Counted from the first letter of the whole stretch, positions 10,069-20,826 are shown. The stretch is DNA of 61,990 nt, filler included, from 6 parts of 6 records of this genome joined end to end with filler, not necessarily neighbours in it; one strand, 5' to 3'. Translations and numbers: made by a program. Notes: generated from the letters alone by a model not told the origin.

Positions 10069-10274
10069 TGGGTTTGACTCTCCGTACCAGCCCGGTTTCA
10101 CGCTTGTGAACGCGGTGTGATTTACCTAAGATGCCTGAGCGCTGCCATCCTAACCCAATTGCCCGGAGCTGGAAATCGACCGCACCGCCTTCAGGTGCTG
10201 CCGGGAAATCTGTCGAGGCACCGGCTGCGTAGATTGATGCTCTGTCCGACTAATTACCTGGGGATATACCTGCA

Positions 10275-10961
10275 ATGACAACTGAATCTTTACCTGTACT
10301 CGCGATACTCGGTGGCACCGGAGATCTTGGCACCGGACTGGCACGGCGCTGGTCCCAGGCCGGTTACCGGGTCATCATCGGTTCGCGCACCGTCGACAAG
10401 GCACAGGCGGCGGCTGACGACCTGCGTGAGGTCATGGCGGAGCGGGGCGTTGCCGAAGTGTCGGTGGAAGCCATGGAAAACCTGGCCGCGGCCGAGGCTG
10501 CTGACATCATTACCCTGACCGTACCGTTCGGCCACCAGGCGTCCACGCTGGAGTACGTCAAACCCGCCCTGCAGGGCAAGATCCTCATCGACGTCACGGT
10601 ACCGCTGGTGCCGCCCCGGGTCGCCCGGGTGCAGCTGCCCCCCGAGGGCAGTGCCGGCCAGATTGCCCAGGATATTCTCGGCGAGGACGTCGCTGTGGTC
10701 TCGGCATTCCAGAATGTGGCGGCGCACCACCTGCAGGAAGGGCAGGGTATCGAGTGCGATGTTCTGGTCTGCGGCAATAAAAAAGATGCCAGGGCAGAAG
10801 TCATTACCCTGGTAGAGGCAGCGGGCATGCGCGGCTATCACGCCGGCATGATTGCCAATGCAGCAGCGGCAGAAGCCCTGACCTCTGTCCTGATTACCAT
10901 TAACAAGCAGTACGGTTGTCATGCGGGGATCAAGATAAGTGGGTTGGGCAATGCTGGATGA
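10275..10961 (+). CDS. npdG: F420H2:NADP+ oxidoreductase (Fno)
   Basis: GGTGDLGTGLA, IIGSR, LTVPF, DVTVPL, GSAG, SAFQNVAA, LITINKQY; first gene of the F420 operon. Confidence 0.93.
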   Translation: MTTESLPVLAILGGTGDLGTGLARRWSQAGYRVIIGSRTVDKAQAAADDLREVMAERGVAEVSVEAMENLAAAEAADIITLTVPFGHQASTLEYVKPALQGKILIDVTVPLVPPRVARVQLPPEGSAGQIAQDILGEDVAVVSAFQNVAAHHLQEGQGIECDVLVCGNKKDARAEVITLVEAAGMRGYHAGMIANAAAAEALTSVLITINKQYGCHAGIKISGLGNAG

Positions 10962-11725
10962 CAGGCACGCTGTCACTTATCCCGCTGCGGGATTTCCCTC
11001 TGGTAGAGCCCGGCGATGACCTTGCCGGGCTGATCACCAGCGCACTGCGGGATAACGGCGAGGAACTGCGTCCCGGCGATGTGCTGGTGCTGGCCCAGAA
11101 AATCGTCTCCAAGGCCGAAGGACGCTATGTCCGGCTGGCGGATGTGACTCCCGGTCCCCGGGCGCAGGAACTTGCCGAGCGCGCGGACAAGGATCCGCGG
11201 CTGGTCGAGTTGGTGCTCTCCGAGTCTGCCGAGGTACTGCGGGTTCGTCCCGGTGTCATTATTGTCGAGCACCGTCACGGCTACGTGCTGGCCAACGCCG
11301 GCATTGATCGCTCGAACATCCGCAATTCGCGGGAGGATCCCCAGGTGTTGCTCTTGCCTGAGGATGCCGATGCCTCCGCGGCTGCCCTTCGTGAAGCGCT
11401 GGCCGGACACTGGCAGGTCGCGCCGCAAATCATCATCAACGACAGCCTGGGTCGCGCCTGGCGCAACGGTACAGTCGGCATCGCCATCGGGGTCGCTGGT
11501 CTCGATCCGCTGTTCAACCAGATCGGCGAGCAGGACCTGTTTGGCAATATCCTGGAAGTCACTGAGGCGGCTGTGGCGGACGAGTTGGCGGCCGCGGCGT
11601 CGCTGGTAATGGGGCAGGCTGCAGAGGCCTGCCCGGTGGTGCTGGTTCGCGGGGCCCGGCTAGCGCCTTCGGCTGGTGGCGCCGCTCCCTTGTTGCGCGA
11701 TAAAGCCCTGGATATGTTTCGATGA
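10958..11725 (+). CDS. cofE: Coenzyme F420-0:L-glutamate ligase (single domain, no nitroreductase fusion)
   Basis: PGDDL, AQKIVSKAEGR, ANAGIDRSN, DSLGRAWRNG, ADELAAAASLVMGQ, DMFR; ATGA overlap with npdG. Confidence 0.95.
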   Translation: MTGTLSLIPLRDFPLVEPGDDLAGLITSALRDNGEELRPGDVLVLAQKIVSKAEGRYVRLADVTPGPRAQELAERADKDPRLVELVLSESAEVLRVRPGVIIVEHRHGYVLANAGIDRSNIRNSREDPQVLLLPEDADASAAALREALAGHWQVAPQIIINDSLGRAWRNGTVGIAIGVAGLDPLFNQIGEQDLFGNILEVTEAAVADELAAAASLVMGQAAEACPVVLVRGARLAPSAGGAAPLLRDKALDMFR

Positions 11726-12684
11726 ATCCGGGCGCCGACTGGGTGCTCGCGCTGTCTGGCGGGGTGGGGGGCGCGAAGCTCTGTTTCGGCCTGCAGGCGG
11801 AACTCCCTGCGTCCTCGCTGCAGGTACTGGTCAACACGGCGGATGACTTTCGCCACCTCGGCCTGCATATCAGTCCCGATATTGACACCTTGCTGTACAC
11901 CCTGTCAGGGCGCAACAACCGCGAGCAGGGTTGGGGGCTGGAGGGTGAAACCTGGCAGGTGCTGGAGGCGCTGGGCAAGCTGGACCCTGCAGATGCCTGG
12001 TTTCGGCTGGGTGACCGGGATCTTGCAACCCACCTCTGGCGCACGGCGCGCCTCGCTGCCGGTGAATCCCTGGCCGCCGTCACCCGTGAGCTCGGCCAGC
12101 GCCTCGGTGTGCCTTCCGGCATTCACCCGATGAGCAACGCGCCGGTGGCGACGGAGGTCCTGAGTGATGAGGGTCGCTTGCCATTCCAGCGCTATTTTGT
12201 GCAGCGGCAGTGTGAGCCACGGGTGCTCGGCTTCGAATTTACCGGACTTGAGCAGGCCGAACCCACGGCAGAACTGACGAGCCTGCTGGCGGGGCCGCCG
12301 CCGCGGGCCATTATCCTGTGCCCGTCGAACCCCTTCGTCAGTATCGACCCTATCCTCGGGGTGCCCGGCCTGTGGCAGCAGCTGGCCAGCAGCCCGGCCC
12401 CGGTGCTGGCTGTATCACCGATCGTGGCCGGCAATGCACTGAAGGGCCCTGCGGCGAAAATGCTCCAGGAATTGGGGCTCCCGGTTTCTGCGCCGGCGGT
12501 CGCGCGCCACTACCAGCAGCGCTATCCCGGGCTGCTTGATGGTTTCGTGATCGATGAAAGTGACGCTAAACTGGCTGCAGATGTAGCCGCACTGGATCTC
12601 GATGTGCATATTGCACCGACCATAATGCGTACCGATGACGACAAGCAGGCGCTTGCTCGTCGCCTGCTGTCCTGGCTTGCCTGA
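11722..12684 (+). CDS. cofD: 2-phospho-L-lactate/phosphoenolpyruvate transferase (FbiA)
   Basis: LSGGVGGAKL, VNTADD, SPDIDT, WFRLGDRDLATH, CPSNPFVSIDPIL, KGPAAK; ATGA overlap with cofE. Confidence 0.96.
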   Translation: MNPGADWVLALSGGVGGAKLCFGLQAELPASSLQVLVNTADDFRHLGLHISPDIDTLLYTLSGRNNREQGWGLEGETWQVLEALGKLDPADAWFRLGDRDLATHLWRTARLAAGESLAAVTRELGQRLGVPSGIHPMSNAPVATEVLSDEGRLPFQRYFVQRQCEPRVLGFEFTGLEQAEPTAELTSLLAGPPPRAIILCPSNPFVSIDPILGVPGLWQQLASSPAPVLAVSPIVAGNALKGPAAKMLQELGLPVSAPAVARHYQQRYPGLLDGFVIDESDAKLAADVAALDLDVHIAPTIMRTDDDKQALARRLLSWLA

Positions 12685-12686
12685 GG

Positions 12687-13412
12687 ATGCATGCGCTGAT
12701 CCCGCTCAAGGACCTGGTGACAGCCAAGACGCGGCTGTCGGGTCTGCTGGCGCCCAGTGAGCGGCGGGCCCTGGCCCAGGCCATGGTCGAAGATGTATTG
12801 GCCTGTGTCTGCAGTCACCCTGCGGTGGAAAGTGTTTTCCTGGTTTCCGATGACCCCGGTGCGCCCTTGCTGGCAGCGGCGACCGGCTGTCGGCACCTGG
12901 CGGAAGATAGCCTTGGCTGCCGGGGTCTCAACGCGGTGCTGGCTGCTGCCGTGCGGTGTTTGCCTGCGCCTCGAGATGGCAGGGTGCTGCTCTTACACGG
13001 TGACCTGCCGGCCCTCGCGCCGGGAGACATTGATGCCGCCCTTGCCGCGGCGGACGCCGGGCATAAACTCGTCATCGGCTGCGACCGCGCCGGGACGGGC
13101 ACCAACCTGTTGTTGTTCCCATGCGCAGAGGCGCCGCAATTTGCCTTTGGTACGGACAGTTGTGCCAGGCACGCGGCACAGGCGGCGACCTCTGGCGCCC
13201 TTTGCAAAGTTTTGCAAGCATATGGCATTGGCCTGGATATCGACGAGCCGGCCGACCTTGTAGCCTTGCTGGAAGCGGGCCACCGGGGGGCTATCGGGGT
13301 GCATACCGCGCGCTTGCTGGCGGGCGGCCTGGAGGCGCGGCTGCAGCACGCGCTTGCCAGCCTGGGGCAGGCATCGGCGGATTCGGCCGACACCATTGGA
13401 GAGAGACTTTGA
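12687..13412 (+). CDS. cofC: 2-phospho-L-lactate/PEP guanylyltransferase (FbiD)
   Basis: IPLK...AKTRLS, GLNAVL, HGDLP, GTGTN, FGTDS, LDIDEPADL. Confidence 0.94.
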   Translation: MHALIPLKDLVTAKTRLSGLLAPSERRALAQAMVEDVLACVCSHPAVESVFLVSDDPGAPLLAAATGCRHLAEDSLGCRGLNAVLAAAVRCLPAPRDGRVLLLHGDLPALAPGDIDAALAAADAGHKLVIGCDRAGTGTNLLLFPCAEAPQFAFGTDSCARHAAQAATSGALCKVLQAYGIGLDIDEPADLVALLEAGHRGAIGVHTARLLAGGLEARLQHALASLGQASADSADTIGERL

Positions 13413-15910
13413 CGGGCAGCGGCCTAGAACACGGCGCCTGGCGCAGACTGGACGAGGCGCAGGCATTAGCGCTGGCGGATAACGCCGATACGGCGGAACT
13501 CGCCGGGCGCGCCGCGCAGCTGCGGGACGTCGGCCACGGTAACGTCGTGACCTATTCACGCAAGGTGTTCATCCCCTTGACCCAGCTGTGCCGGGATGTC
13601 TGCCACTATTGCACTTTCGCGCAGACGCCGCGGCACATCGAACAGGCCTTTATGCCGGTGGACCAGGTTCTCGACCTGTGCCGGGAGGGCGCTCGCCTGG
13701 GCTGCCAGGAAGCGCTGTTCACCCTGGGCGAACGCCCGGAACTACGCTACCGCGCCGCCAGGGAAGCACTTGCCGAGCTCGGTTTCGCCACCACGCTGGA
13801 TTATGTCCAGCACGTCGCCCGCCGCGTGCTCGATGAAACCGGGCTGCTTCCCCATATCAACGCCGGCTGTATGACGGCCTCCGAGATCGCCGGATTGCGC
13901 CAGGTCAGTGCGTCCATGGGCATCATGCTGGAGTCTGCCTCCGAGCGGCTCTGCGCCAAGGGTATGCCCCATTACGGCTCACCGGACAAACTCCCGGCCA
14001 GGCGTCTCGAAACGCTGGAGCTGGCGGGGCAGGCAGCGGTGCCGTTTACCTCCGGGATCCTGATCGGCATTGGTGAGACGCGCCGCGAGCGGATCGAGTC
14101 GCTGCTGGCCCTGCGCGCGGTGCATGAGCGGCATGGCCACTTGCAGGAAGTCATCGTGCAGAACTTCCGTGCCAAGCCAGGAACCCTGATGGTCAACGCG
14201 CCGGAGCCCGACCTCGATGAGCTGTTGTGGACCATCGCTGTTGCGCGCCTGGTATTCGGACCGCAGATGAGTATCCAGGCGCCACCGAACCTCAGTCCCG
14301 GGGTGTTACCGCAGCTGGTAGCCGCGGGCATTAACGACTGGGGCGGTGTATCGCCGCTGACCCCTGACCATGTCAACCCGGAAGCCCCCTGGCCGCATTT
14401 GCAGCAGCTTGCCGATGAAACCGCCAGAGCCGGTAAGTTCCTCGACCAGCGCCTGACGATTTACCCGGCCTATGTGCAGCACTCGGTGCGCTGGCTGGAC
14501 CCTCAGCTGCGCGCTCCAGTGTTACGGCTTGCCGATGCCCAGGGCTTCGCCAGGCGGGATGAATGGGTTCCCGGTGAGTCTCTGCCGATGCCGGCGCTGG
14601 AGCAGTCGCTGCTCACAGACGCGGTCTCGCTGCCGGTCTCAGCGTCGGTCGCCGAGGCTATCGCCTGCTGTGAGCGCGGCGAGCGGCCGGATCCCGCTCA
14701 GGTGCGCAGCCTGCTGGAGGCGCGCGGAGGAGATTTCAGCGCGGTCGTGCAGGCCGCTGACCGCTTGCGTCGCCAGCGCTGCGGCGAAACCGTCAGCTAC
14801 GTGGTCAATCGGAATATCAATTACACCAACGTGTGCTATTTCAAATGCCAGTTTTGCGCCTTTTCCAAGGGGCGTCACAGTGAGGACCTGCGCGGCCGGC
14901 CCTACGACATCAGTGGCGATGAAATAGCCCGCCGCTGTCGCGAGGCCTGGGAGCGGGGCGCCACCGAAGTCTGTATGCAAGGGGGTATTCATCCCGATTA
15001 CACTGGCCAGACCTACCTGGATATCCTGCACACGGTGCGGGCAGCTACCCCGGATATGCATATTCATGCCTTCTCCCCGCTGGAGGTCTGGCAGGGCGCT
15101 GAAACCCTGGGGATCGGTCTTGAGGAGTTTCTCCAACGCCTGCGCGACGCGGGACTGGATACCCTGCCGGGGACCGCCGCCGAGGTGCTGGACGATGAAG
15201 TCAGGGCCACCTTGTGCCCGGATAAACTGAACGCCGGTCAGTGGCTGGAGGTCATGGAGGCGGCTCATCGGACGGGTTTCCGGACGACGGCGACCATTAT
15301 GTACGGCCACATCGACCACGCGGGGCACTGGGCCCGCCACCTCCTGTCCATCAGGGATTTGCAGGCGCGCACCGGCGGATTCACCGAGTTTGTGCCATTG
15401 CCTTTCGTCCACATGGAAGCGCCCATGTACCGTCGCGGCGGTTCGCGCCGGGGTCCCAGTTTCCGTGAGGCGGTGCTCATGCACGCTGCGGCACGCCTGG
15501 TATTCAACGGCCTTATCGACAATATCCAGGTCTCCTGGGTCAAGATGGGGCTCGACGGGGTCAGTGCCTGTCTCTCTGCCGGGGCCAATGATCTCGGCGG
15601 TAGCCTGATGAATGAGAGCATTACCCGGGCGGCCGGTGCAGAACACGGCCAGGAGTGGTCGCCGTCGGAGCTCGAACAGGTCATCAGCAGTCTCGGTCGC
15701 AGGCCGCGGATGCGCACGACGCTGTATGGCGAGGCGCCCGCAGAGCGCCATGCAGTGGCTATGAGCGCGGAGGAACTGCTGCCGCTGGTGAACCAGGGTG
15801 CAGCCAGGCAGCAGAGCAGCAAGCGCCTCGACGGCCCGCAGCTGGTGCCGACGATCGACCTGCCGGCACTGGAAGTGGAGCAGGTGGTGATGATTGCCGC
15901 CTGTAATTGA
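13409..15910 (+). CDS. fbiC: Bifunctional FO synthase (CofG-CofH fusion)
   Basis: Two radical-SAM motifs ([16 protein letters not shown]), [30 protein letters not shown] 13409 overlaps the cofC stop and follows GGAGAG. Confidence 0.95.
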   Translation: MTGSGLEHGAWRRLDEAQALALADNADTAELAGRAAQLRDVGHGNVVTYSRKVFIPLTQLCRDVCHYCTFAQTPRHIEQAFMPVDQVLDLCREGARLGCQEALFTLGERPELRYRAAREALAELGFATTLDYVQHVARRVLDETGLLPHINAGCMTASEIAGLRQVSASMGIMLESASERLCAKGMPHYGSPDKLPARRLETLELAGQAAVPFTSGILIGIGETRRERIESLLALRAVHERHGHLQEVIVQNFRAKPGTLMVNAPEPDLDELLWTIAVARLVFGPQMSIQAPPNLSPGVLPQLVAAGINDWGGVSPLTPDHVNPEAPWPHLQQLADETARAGKFLDQRLTIYPAYVQHSVRWLDPQLRAPVLRLADAQGFARRDEWVPGESLPMPALEQSLLTDAVSLPVSASVAEAIACCERGERPDPAQVRSLLEARGGDFSAVVQAADRLRRQRCGETVSYVVNRNINYTNVCYFKCQFCAFSKGRHSEDLRGRPYDISGDEIARRCREAWERGATEVCMQGGIHPDYTGQTYLDILHTVRAATPDMHIHAFSPLEVWQGAETLGIGLEEFLQRLRDAGLDTLPGTAAEVLDDEVRATLCPDKLNAGQWLEVMEAAHRTGFRTTATIMYGHIDHAGHWARHLLSIRDLQARTGGFTEFVPLPFVHMEAPMYRRGGSRRGPSFREAVLMHAAARLVFNGLIDNIQVSWVKMGLDGVSACLSAGANDLGGSLMNESITRAAGAEHGQEWSPSELEQVISSLGRRPRMRTTLYGEAPAERHAVAMSAEELLPLVNQGAARQQSSKRLDGPQLVPTIDLPALEVEQVVMIAACN

Positions 15911-16611
15911 TGGCTTCGACCACGGGCGGCCGTGCCATTCGCCTTGAGGCCAGCTGGCTCGCCCGGCTGGGCGCCGAATTCGAACAGCCCTACATGCGTG
16001 AACTGCGCGCGTTCCTCGCGGCGCAGAAGCAGGCCGGAAAGCAGGTGTTTCCGCCGGGGGCCGAAATCTTCAGCGCCTTTTCACGCACTCCGCTCGACCG
16101 GGTAAAGGTAGTTATTCTCGGTCAGGACCCGTATCACGGTGATGGCCAGGCGCACGGGCTGTGTTTTTCTGTGCGCCCCGGCGTGGCGGTCCCACCTTCC
16201 CTGCAGAATATTTTCAAGGAGATCAACAGTGAGCTGGGCGTGCCGATTCCCCGGCACGGACATCTCGAGTACTGGGCAGAGCAGGGGGTACTGCTACTCA
16301 ACAGTGTGCTCTCGGTAGAGCGCGGTCAGGCGGCATCACATCGGGGCAAGGGCTGGGAGCAGTTTACCGACAAGGTGATCGAACTGGTCAACCTGGAGCG
16401 CGAAGCTGTCGTGTTCATGCTGTGGGGCAGTTACGCGCAGAAAAAAGGGGCCATCATCGATCGGAACCGGCACTGTGTGCTTAGCGCGCCGCATCCTTCG
16501 CCGCTGAGTGCGCACCGGGGGTTCTTTGGCTGCGGCCACTTCGCCGCCGCCAACGCGTACCTTGAGGCCCACGGTCAGCGCCCGATCGATTGGAGCCTGC
16601 CACCCGACTAG
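15910..16611 (+). CDS. ung: Uracil-DNA glycosylase, family 1
   Basis: [34 protein letters not shown] overlap with fbiC. Confidence 0.97.
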   Translation: MASTTGGRAIRLEASWLARLGAEFEQPYMRELRAFLAAQKQAGKQVFPPGAEIFSAFSRTPLDRVKVVILGQDPYHGDGQAHGLCFSVRPGVAVPPSLQNIFKEINSELGVPIPRHGHLEYWAEQGVLLLNSVLSVERGQAASHRGKGWEQFTDKVIELVNLEREAVVFMLWGSYAQKKGAIIDRNRHCVLSAPHPSPLSAHRGFFGCGHFAAANAYLEAHGQRPIDWSLPPD

Positions 16612-17534
16612 CGATCGCTCATCGGGTAGGGTGGTGCTGACAGGGTCAGGGTAGGGAGCCCTGGCGCACCGATGGCCAGGCCTTGTCCCAATGCCTCTTC
16701 TACCGCGCTTACCAGCAGAATCGCCGTGCCCTCACCGGTGCTTGCAGCATTAATCACGTGGCCCGCATTCTGTGTCTTGTCAGCCAGGAACAGTTCGCTG
16801 CCGGGTGCTGGCACAGCGCCTTTGTAGTGGGCGACATAGCTGCGGCGCTTCGCTTTGCCGCGATAGTGCAGCCGGGCCACAACTTCCTGGCCGGTATAGC
16901 AGCCTTTCTTGAAACTGATATGCCCGGTCAGGTCGTAGTTGAGCATCTGCGGTACGAACTCGCTGCTGGTGCCGGCTTCGACCCGCGCCAGACCGCAGCG
17001 GATCAGCTCGGCTTCCCAGGCGTTCTCGTCGGCGGCAGTGCAGGCCGCGGCGAGCTCAGCGGCCAGGGGGCAGCCCGCCTCGATCAGGCATTCGAAGGCC
17101 TGGCCGTCTGCGTCAGTCTGTACAATACGGTAGCCAGGTCCCGACAGCACCGCATACCTGCCTTCGGGTGTGGAGCCAGCGTGCTGGTTTAATACCGCAG
17201 CGGCATCCTTGCCCCAGCAGGCGTGAATATTCCAGACCGGATCGGCATCGGTAAGCTCGGCCTTGGAAAACACAATGTATTTTTTCAGGGTTGCCGCGGT
17301 GACATCGAGGATGTTTCGGCGCAGGCGCAGGGCCGCGTGGCCCTCGGCAATCAGCAGCAGCAGGAAATCGGCCACCACGCGTCCCTGGGGCGTACAGTAA
17401 ACGCCGGGTGCGGCACGTCCGGCGTCGACGACTCCTGTATCGCAGGTGAGCTGGCCCTGCAGGAAGGCCAGCGTATCGGCCCCCTTAATGTGCAGCAGGG
17501 CGTCACGCTCCAGGGTGGCAAATAAAGCAGTCAA
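16608..17534 (-). CDS. ygfZ: Folate-binding Fe-S maturation protein YgfZ
   Basis: Signature [17 protein letters not shown]; divergent from sdhE. Confidence 0.93.
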   Translation of the reverse strand: MTALFATLERDALLHIKGADTLAFLQGQLTCDTGVVDAGRAAPGVYCTPQGRVVADFLLLLIAEGHAALRLRRNILDVTAATLKKYIVFSKAELTDADPVWNIHACWGKDAAAVLNQHAGSTPEGRYAVLSGPGYRIVQTDADGQAFECLIEAGCPLAAELAAACTAADENAWEAELIRCGLARVEAGTSSEFVPQMLNYDLTGHISFKKGCYTGQEVVARLHYRGKAKRRSYVAHYKGAVPAPGSELFLADKTQNAGHVINAASTGEGTAILLVSAVEEALGQGLAIGAPGLPTLTLSAPPYPMSDR

Positions 17535-17668
17535 GGCATTCGTCCATCACGGTGTGAAGCTGGCCATCATAGGGGCTGGGACCGTCACTGTCAGCAGCGC
17601 CGTCGGGGCGACCGGATTTAGCGTTATACTAGCCGCTTCGGATGTTCCCTTACGAGTTGCAGGTTGCC

Positions 17669-17932
17669 ATGATCCCTGAACAGGAAATCAATCGGATGCG
17701 CTGGGCCAGCCGCCGCGGCATGCTGGAACTCGACCTGGTGCTGGAACCCTTTGTCAGCGAGTGTTATGCCACGCTCGATGAGCGGGACAGGCAGCGCTAC
17801 CAGGACCTCATGCTCTGCGAAGACCAGGAAATGTTTGGCTGGTTCCTGCGCCGTGAGCAGCCGGAGGATCCGGAAATTGCAGACATCGTCCGCAAGATTC
17901 TCGAATTCAACCAGGGTAGGGGTAAGCGTTGA
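17669..17932 (+). CDS. sdhE: Succinate dehydrogenase flavinylation factor
   Basis: WASRRGMLELD (RGxxE motif). Confidence 0.93.
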   Translation: MIPEQEINRMRWASRRGMLELDLVLEPFVSECYATLDERDRQRYQDLMLCEDQEMFGWFLRREQPEDPEIADIVRKILEFNQGRGKR

Positions 17933-18311
17933 GTCCTCCCGCTGTCGGGGCCGCTTACTGACCCTGTTGCTTGTCCTGCAATGCCTGGCCCTCGGACTGC
18001 TGGTCTATTGGGGTTATCTCCTGCTCGCTCTGGCGCTGGTGCCCATTGCAGCCCTGGCGCTCAGGGCCGAGTGGCCTCAGCCCTGGCGGGGCTGCGAACT
18101 CGCTTTTGCGGATGACGTCTGGACCTGGCGGGTCCGGGGAGGATCGCAGTCAGTGAGAATTCGACGTGCCAGGCTGACCCTGCCGTTGCTGACCTCACTG
18201 GAGCTGGAGGCGCTCGACAGTCGCCGCCGCTGGCGACTCAATCTGTTTCACGACAGTGTTCCGGAATCAGCGCTGCGCGCTCTGCGCCGCCTCATCAGGG
18301 TGCAGGGGTGA
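17877..18311 (+). CDS. YgfX/CptA-like membrane protein
   Basis: Follows sdhE; two TM segments; C-terminal '[15 protein letters not shown]'; probable TTG start at 17877 after GGAGG inside sdhE (start uncertain). Confidence 0.6.
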   Translation: MQTSSARFSNSTRVGVSVESSRCRGRLLTLLLVLQCLALGLLVYWGYLLLALALVPIAALALRAEWPQPWRGCELAFADDVWTWRVRGGSQSVRIRRARLTLPLLTSLELEALDSRRRWRLNLFHDSVPESALRALRRLIRVQG

Positions 18312-19895
18312 ATTGGCCGGCACCAGGATGGTGTCCTGAGCCTCTGGCAGCAGGTCCGGGTAATCCAGGGTGTAATGCAGGCCGCGGCTTTCCTTGCGCT
18401 CGATAGCACAGCGGATCATCAGCTCCGCGACCATTGCCAGGTTGCGCAGCTCCAACAAGTCGTTACTGACTTTGTAATTGCCATAGTATTCCGCGATTTC
18501 GGCCTGGAGAACATCTGCCCGATGCTTGGCTCGTTGTAATCGCTTGTTGGTGCGAACGATGCCGACGTAGTCCCACATGAAGCGCCGGAGCTCGTCCCAG
18601 TTATGGGAAATCACCACGTCTTCGTCGGAGTCGGTTACCTGGCTCTCATCCCAGGGCGGCGCTTCCGCCAAAGCCGGAATCTGTTCCATGATCGACTGGA
18701 TATGCTGGGCAGCTGATTCCGCATAGACGATGCATTCCAGCAGCGAATTGCTCGCCATCCGGTTTGCCCCGTGCAGACCGGTGCAGGATGACTCGCCCAC
18801 GGCGTACAGGCCGGCGACATCGGTATGGCTATTGCGGTCGACAACAATGCCGCCACAGGTGTAATGCGCTGCCGGTACCACCGGTATCGGCTCGCTGGCG
18901 ATATCGATCCCGAATTCCAGGCAGCGCGCCATGACGGTTGGGAAGTGGGTTTCCAGGAAGTCCCGCGGCTTGTGCGAGATGTCGAGGTAAACGCAGTCCG
19001 CTCCCAGGCGCTTCATCTCGTGGTCAATGGCCCGGGCGACCACGTCTCTCGGTGCCAGCTCCCCGCGGTCGTCGAACCGCGCCATAAACGGTTCCCCATC
19101 GGGTAGCAGCAGGCGCGCGCCCTCGCCGCGCAGGGCTTCGGTGACCAGGAAAGATTTGGCCTTTGGGTGGTACAGGCAGGTCGGGTGAAACTGGTTGAAC
19201 TCCAGATTGGCTACCCGGCAACCGGCGCGCCACGCCATGGCTATCCCGTCGCCGCTGGCGCCGTCCGGGTTGCTGGTGTAGAGGTAGGCCTTGCTGGCGC
19301 CGCCGGTGGCCAGCACCACGGCCCGGGCCTGGAACAGGTCCACCCTGTCGCTCTGTTGGTCAAGGACATAAGCGCCGTGGCAGCGGCCGTCGGCAACCAG
19401 CAGGTCCACCGCCACACGCTCAGTAAAGATTTCTATATTGGCCGCCTGCTGCGCTTTCTCGGTCAGTACCTCGGAGATGGCGCGTCCGGTGCGGTCCGCC
19501 GCGTGAATGATGCGTCGGTGGCTGTGGCCGCCTTCCATTGTCAGGTGAAACTCGCGCAGCTCCGGGTCTGGCAGATCCTCCCGCCGGTCGAAATCCACAC
19601 CCTGTTGCACCAGCCACTCGACACAGCGGCGACTGTTGCGCACGGTAAACTCAACGGCGTCACGATGGCACAGGCCTGCACCTGCGGCGATGGTGTCCTC
19701 CACATGCGAATCTACGGTGTCGCGGTCATGCAGCACCGCTGCCATGCCACCCTGCGCCCAGTAGGTCGACCCCTGGTTGAGGCCCGCCTTGGAGAGCAGG
19801 GCCACCCGGTAGTGGTCCGGCAGGTGCAGCGCCAGACTCAAGCCCGCCGCGCCGCAGCCAATGATCAGCACATCGTGATTATATCGTTGGGGCAT
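18267..19895 (-). CDS. nadB: L-aspartate oxidase
   Basis: [54 protein letters not shown]; divergent from rpoE. Confidence 0.97.
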   Translation of the reverse strand: MPQRYNHDVLIIGCGAAGLSLALHLPDHYRVALLSKAGLNQGSTYWAQGGMAAVLHDRDTVDSHVEDTIAAGAGLCHRDAVEFTVRNSRRCVEWLVQQGVDFDRREDLPDPELREFHLTMEGGHSHRRIIHAADRTGRAISEVLTEKAQQAANIEIFTERVAVDLLVADGRCHGAYVLDQQSDRVDLFQARAVVLATGGASKAYLYTSNPDGASGDGIAMAWRAGCRVANLEFNQFHPTCLYHPKAKSFLVTEALRGEGARLLLPDGEPFMARFDDRGELAPRDVVARAIDHEMKRLGADCVYLDISHKPRDFLETHFPTVMARCLEFGIDIASEPIPVVPAAHYTCGGIVVDRNSHTDVAGLYAVGESSCTGLHGANRMASNSLLECIVYAESAAQHIQSIMEQIPALAEAPPWDESQVTDSDEDVVISHNWDELRRFMWDYVGIVRTNKRLQRAKHRADVLQAEIAEYYGNYKVSNDLLELRNLAMVAELMIRCAIERKESRGLHYTLDYPDLLPEAQDTILVPANSPLHPDEAAQSAQR

Positions 19896-20014
19896 GGGCC
19901 TCCCTTGCCGCCGCTTCGAGGTAAATATATTATCTGCGTCAATAACTTAGACGAGGTTTCTCGTCAGGGCGTGAGTATAGACGAGGTTCGACGCCGGAAG
20001 GAATCCACGGCGGG

Positions 20015-20099
20015 GGAACTTTTCTTCCACGCACTGTTCAGACCCGGGTCGCCGATACGCGCGGGATCTCGTGAACTAATCAACCGATACAGGGTCTAT
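20015..20099 (+). promoter_or_regulatory. Two tandem sigmaE-type autoregulatory promoters
   Basis: GGAACTT(20015-21)-N16-TCAGA(20038-42) and GAACTA(20073-78)-N16-TCTAT(20095-99) upstream of rpoE. Confidence 0.75.
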
Positions 20100-20160
20100 C
20101 CCGGCGGCAGGATGAATAACGCCAGGGCAGTTGTGTCATGGACTAGGGAGAGGAACAGGC

Positions 20161-20745
20161 ATGACAGCCGAGGTGACGGACAAGCAACTCGTCGCGCGGG
20201 TGCAGAAAGGCGATAGTCGTGCTTTCGATATGCTGGTGATGAAGTACCAGCACAAGATCCTCGGCCTGATCAGTCGGTATGTAAACGATGCGGATGAAGT
20301 CCAGGATGTCGCGCAGGAAGCCTTTATCAAAGCCTATCGGGCCTTGCCAAAGTTCCGTGGCGACAGTGCGTTTTATACCTGGCTGTACCGGATTGCGATC
20401 AACACCGCGAAGAACCATTTGGTGTCACGTTCCCGACGACCACCGGGTAGCGATATCGCGGTGGAGGATGCGGAGCATTACGAGGCCGGGGGTGCGCTGC
20501 GGGACATCGAGAACCCTGAGAACGCACTCTATGGCGAGGAGTTGAAAGCAGTGGTCGAGTCGGCGATTGCTGAATTGCCGGATGATCTGAGAACTGCGGT
20601 AACTTTACGCGAATTCGACGGTCTCAGTTACGAGGATATCGCCGACATCATGGATTGCCCCGTTGGCACCGTGCGTTCCCGGATCTTCCGGGCACGAGAG
20701 GCAATTGACAAGCAAGTCAGGGAGCAGATCGATGGGGAGAGCTGA
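20161..20745 (+). CDS. rpoE: ECF sigma factor RpoE/AlgU
   Basis: DKQLVARVQKGD, QEAFIKAYRAL, FYTWLYRIAINTAKN, CPVGTVRSRIFRAR. Confidence 0.97.
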   Translation: MTAEVTDKQLVARVQKGDSRAFDMLVMKYQHKILGLISRYVNDADEVQDVAQEAFIKAYRALPKFRGDSAFYTWLYRIAINTAKNHLVSRSRRPPGSDIAVEDAEHYEAGGALRDIENPENALYGEELKAVVESAIAELPDDLRTAVTLREFDGLSYEDIADIMDCPVGTVRSRIFRAREAIDKQVREQIDGES

Positions 20746-20826
20746 TCTGCCGGTAAGATTGCATGGCGGGAAGGGGCCCGCTTTCAAGCAAAGCCTGAAT
20801 GCGCGTGAGCGCAGAGGAAACCAAAC

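Noticed and set aside
10097-10110. TTCAC-GCTT-GTGAA inverted repeat in the SDR/F420 divergent region
   Set aside because: Only 5-bp arms and could occur by chance; cannot be assigned to a regulator without comparative data.
13121-13408. 96-aa N-terminal extension of FbiC in the ORF track
   Set aside because: Lies wholly within cofC in another frame; TTG 13409 with an SD and stop-start overlap is the more plausible start.
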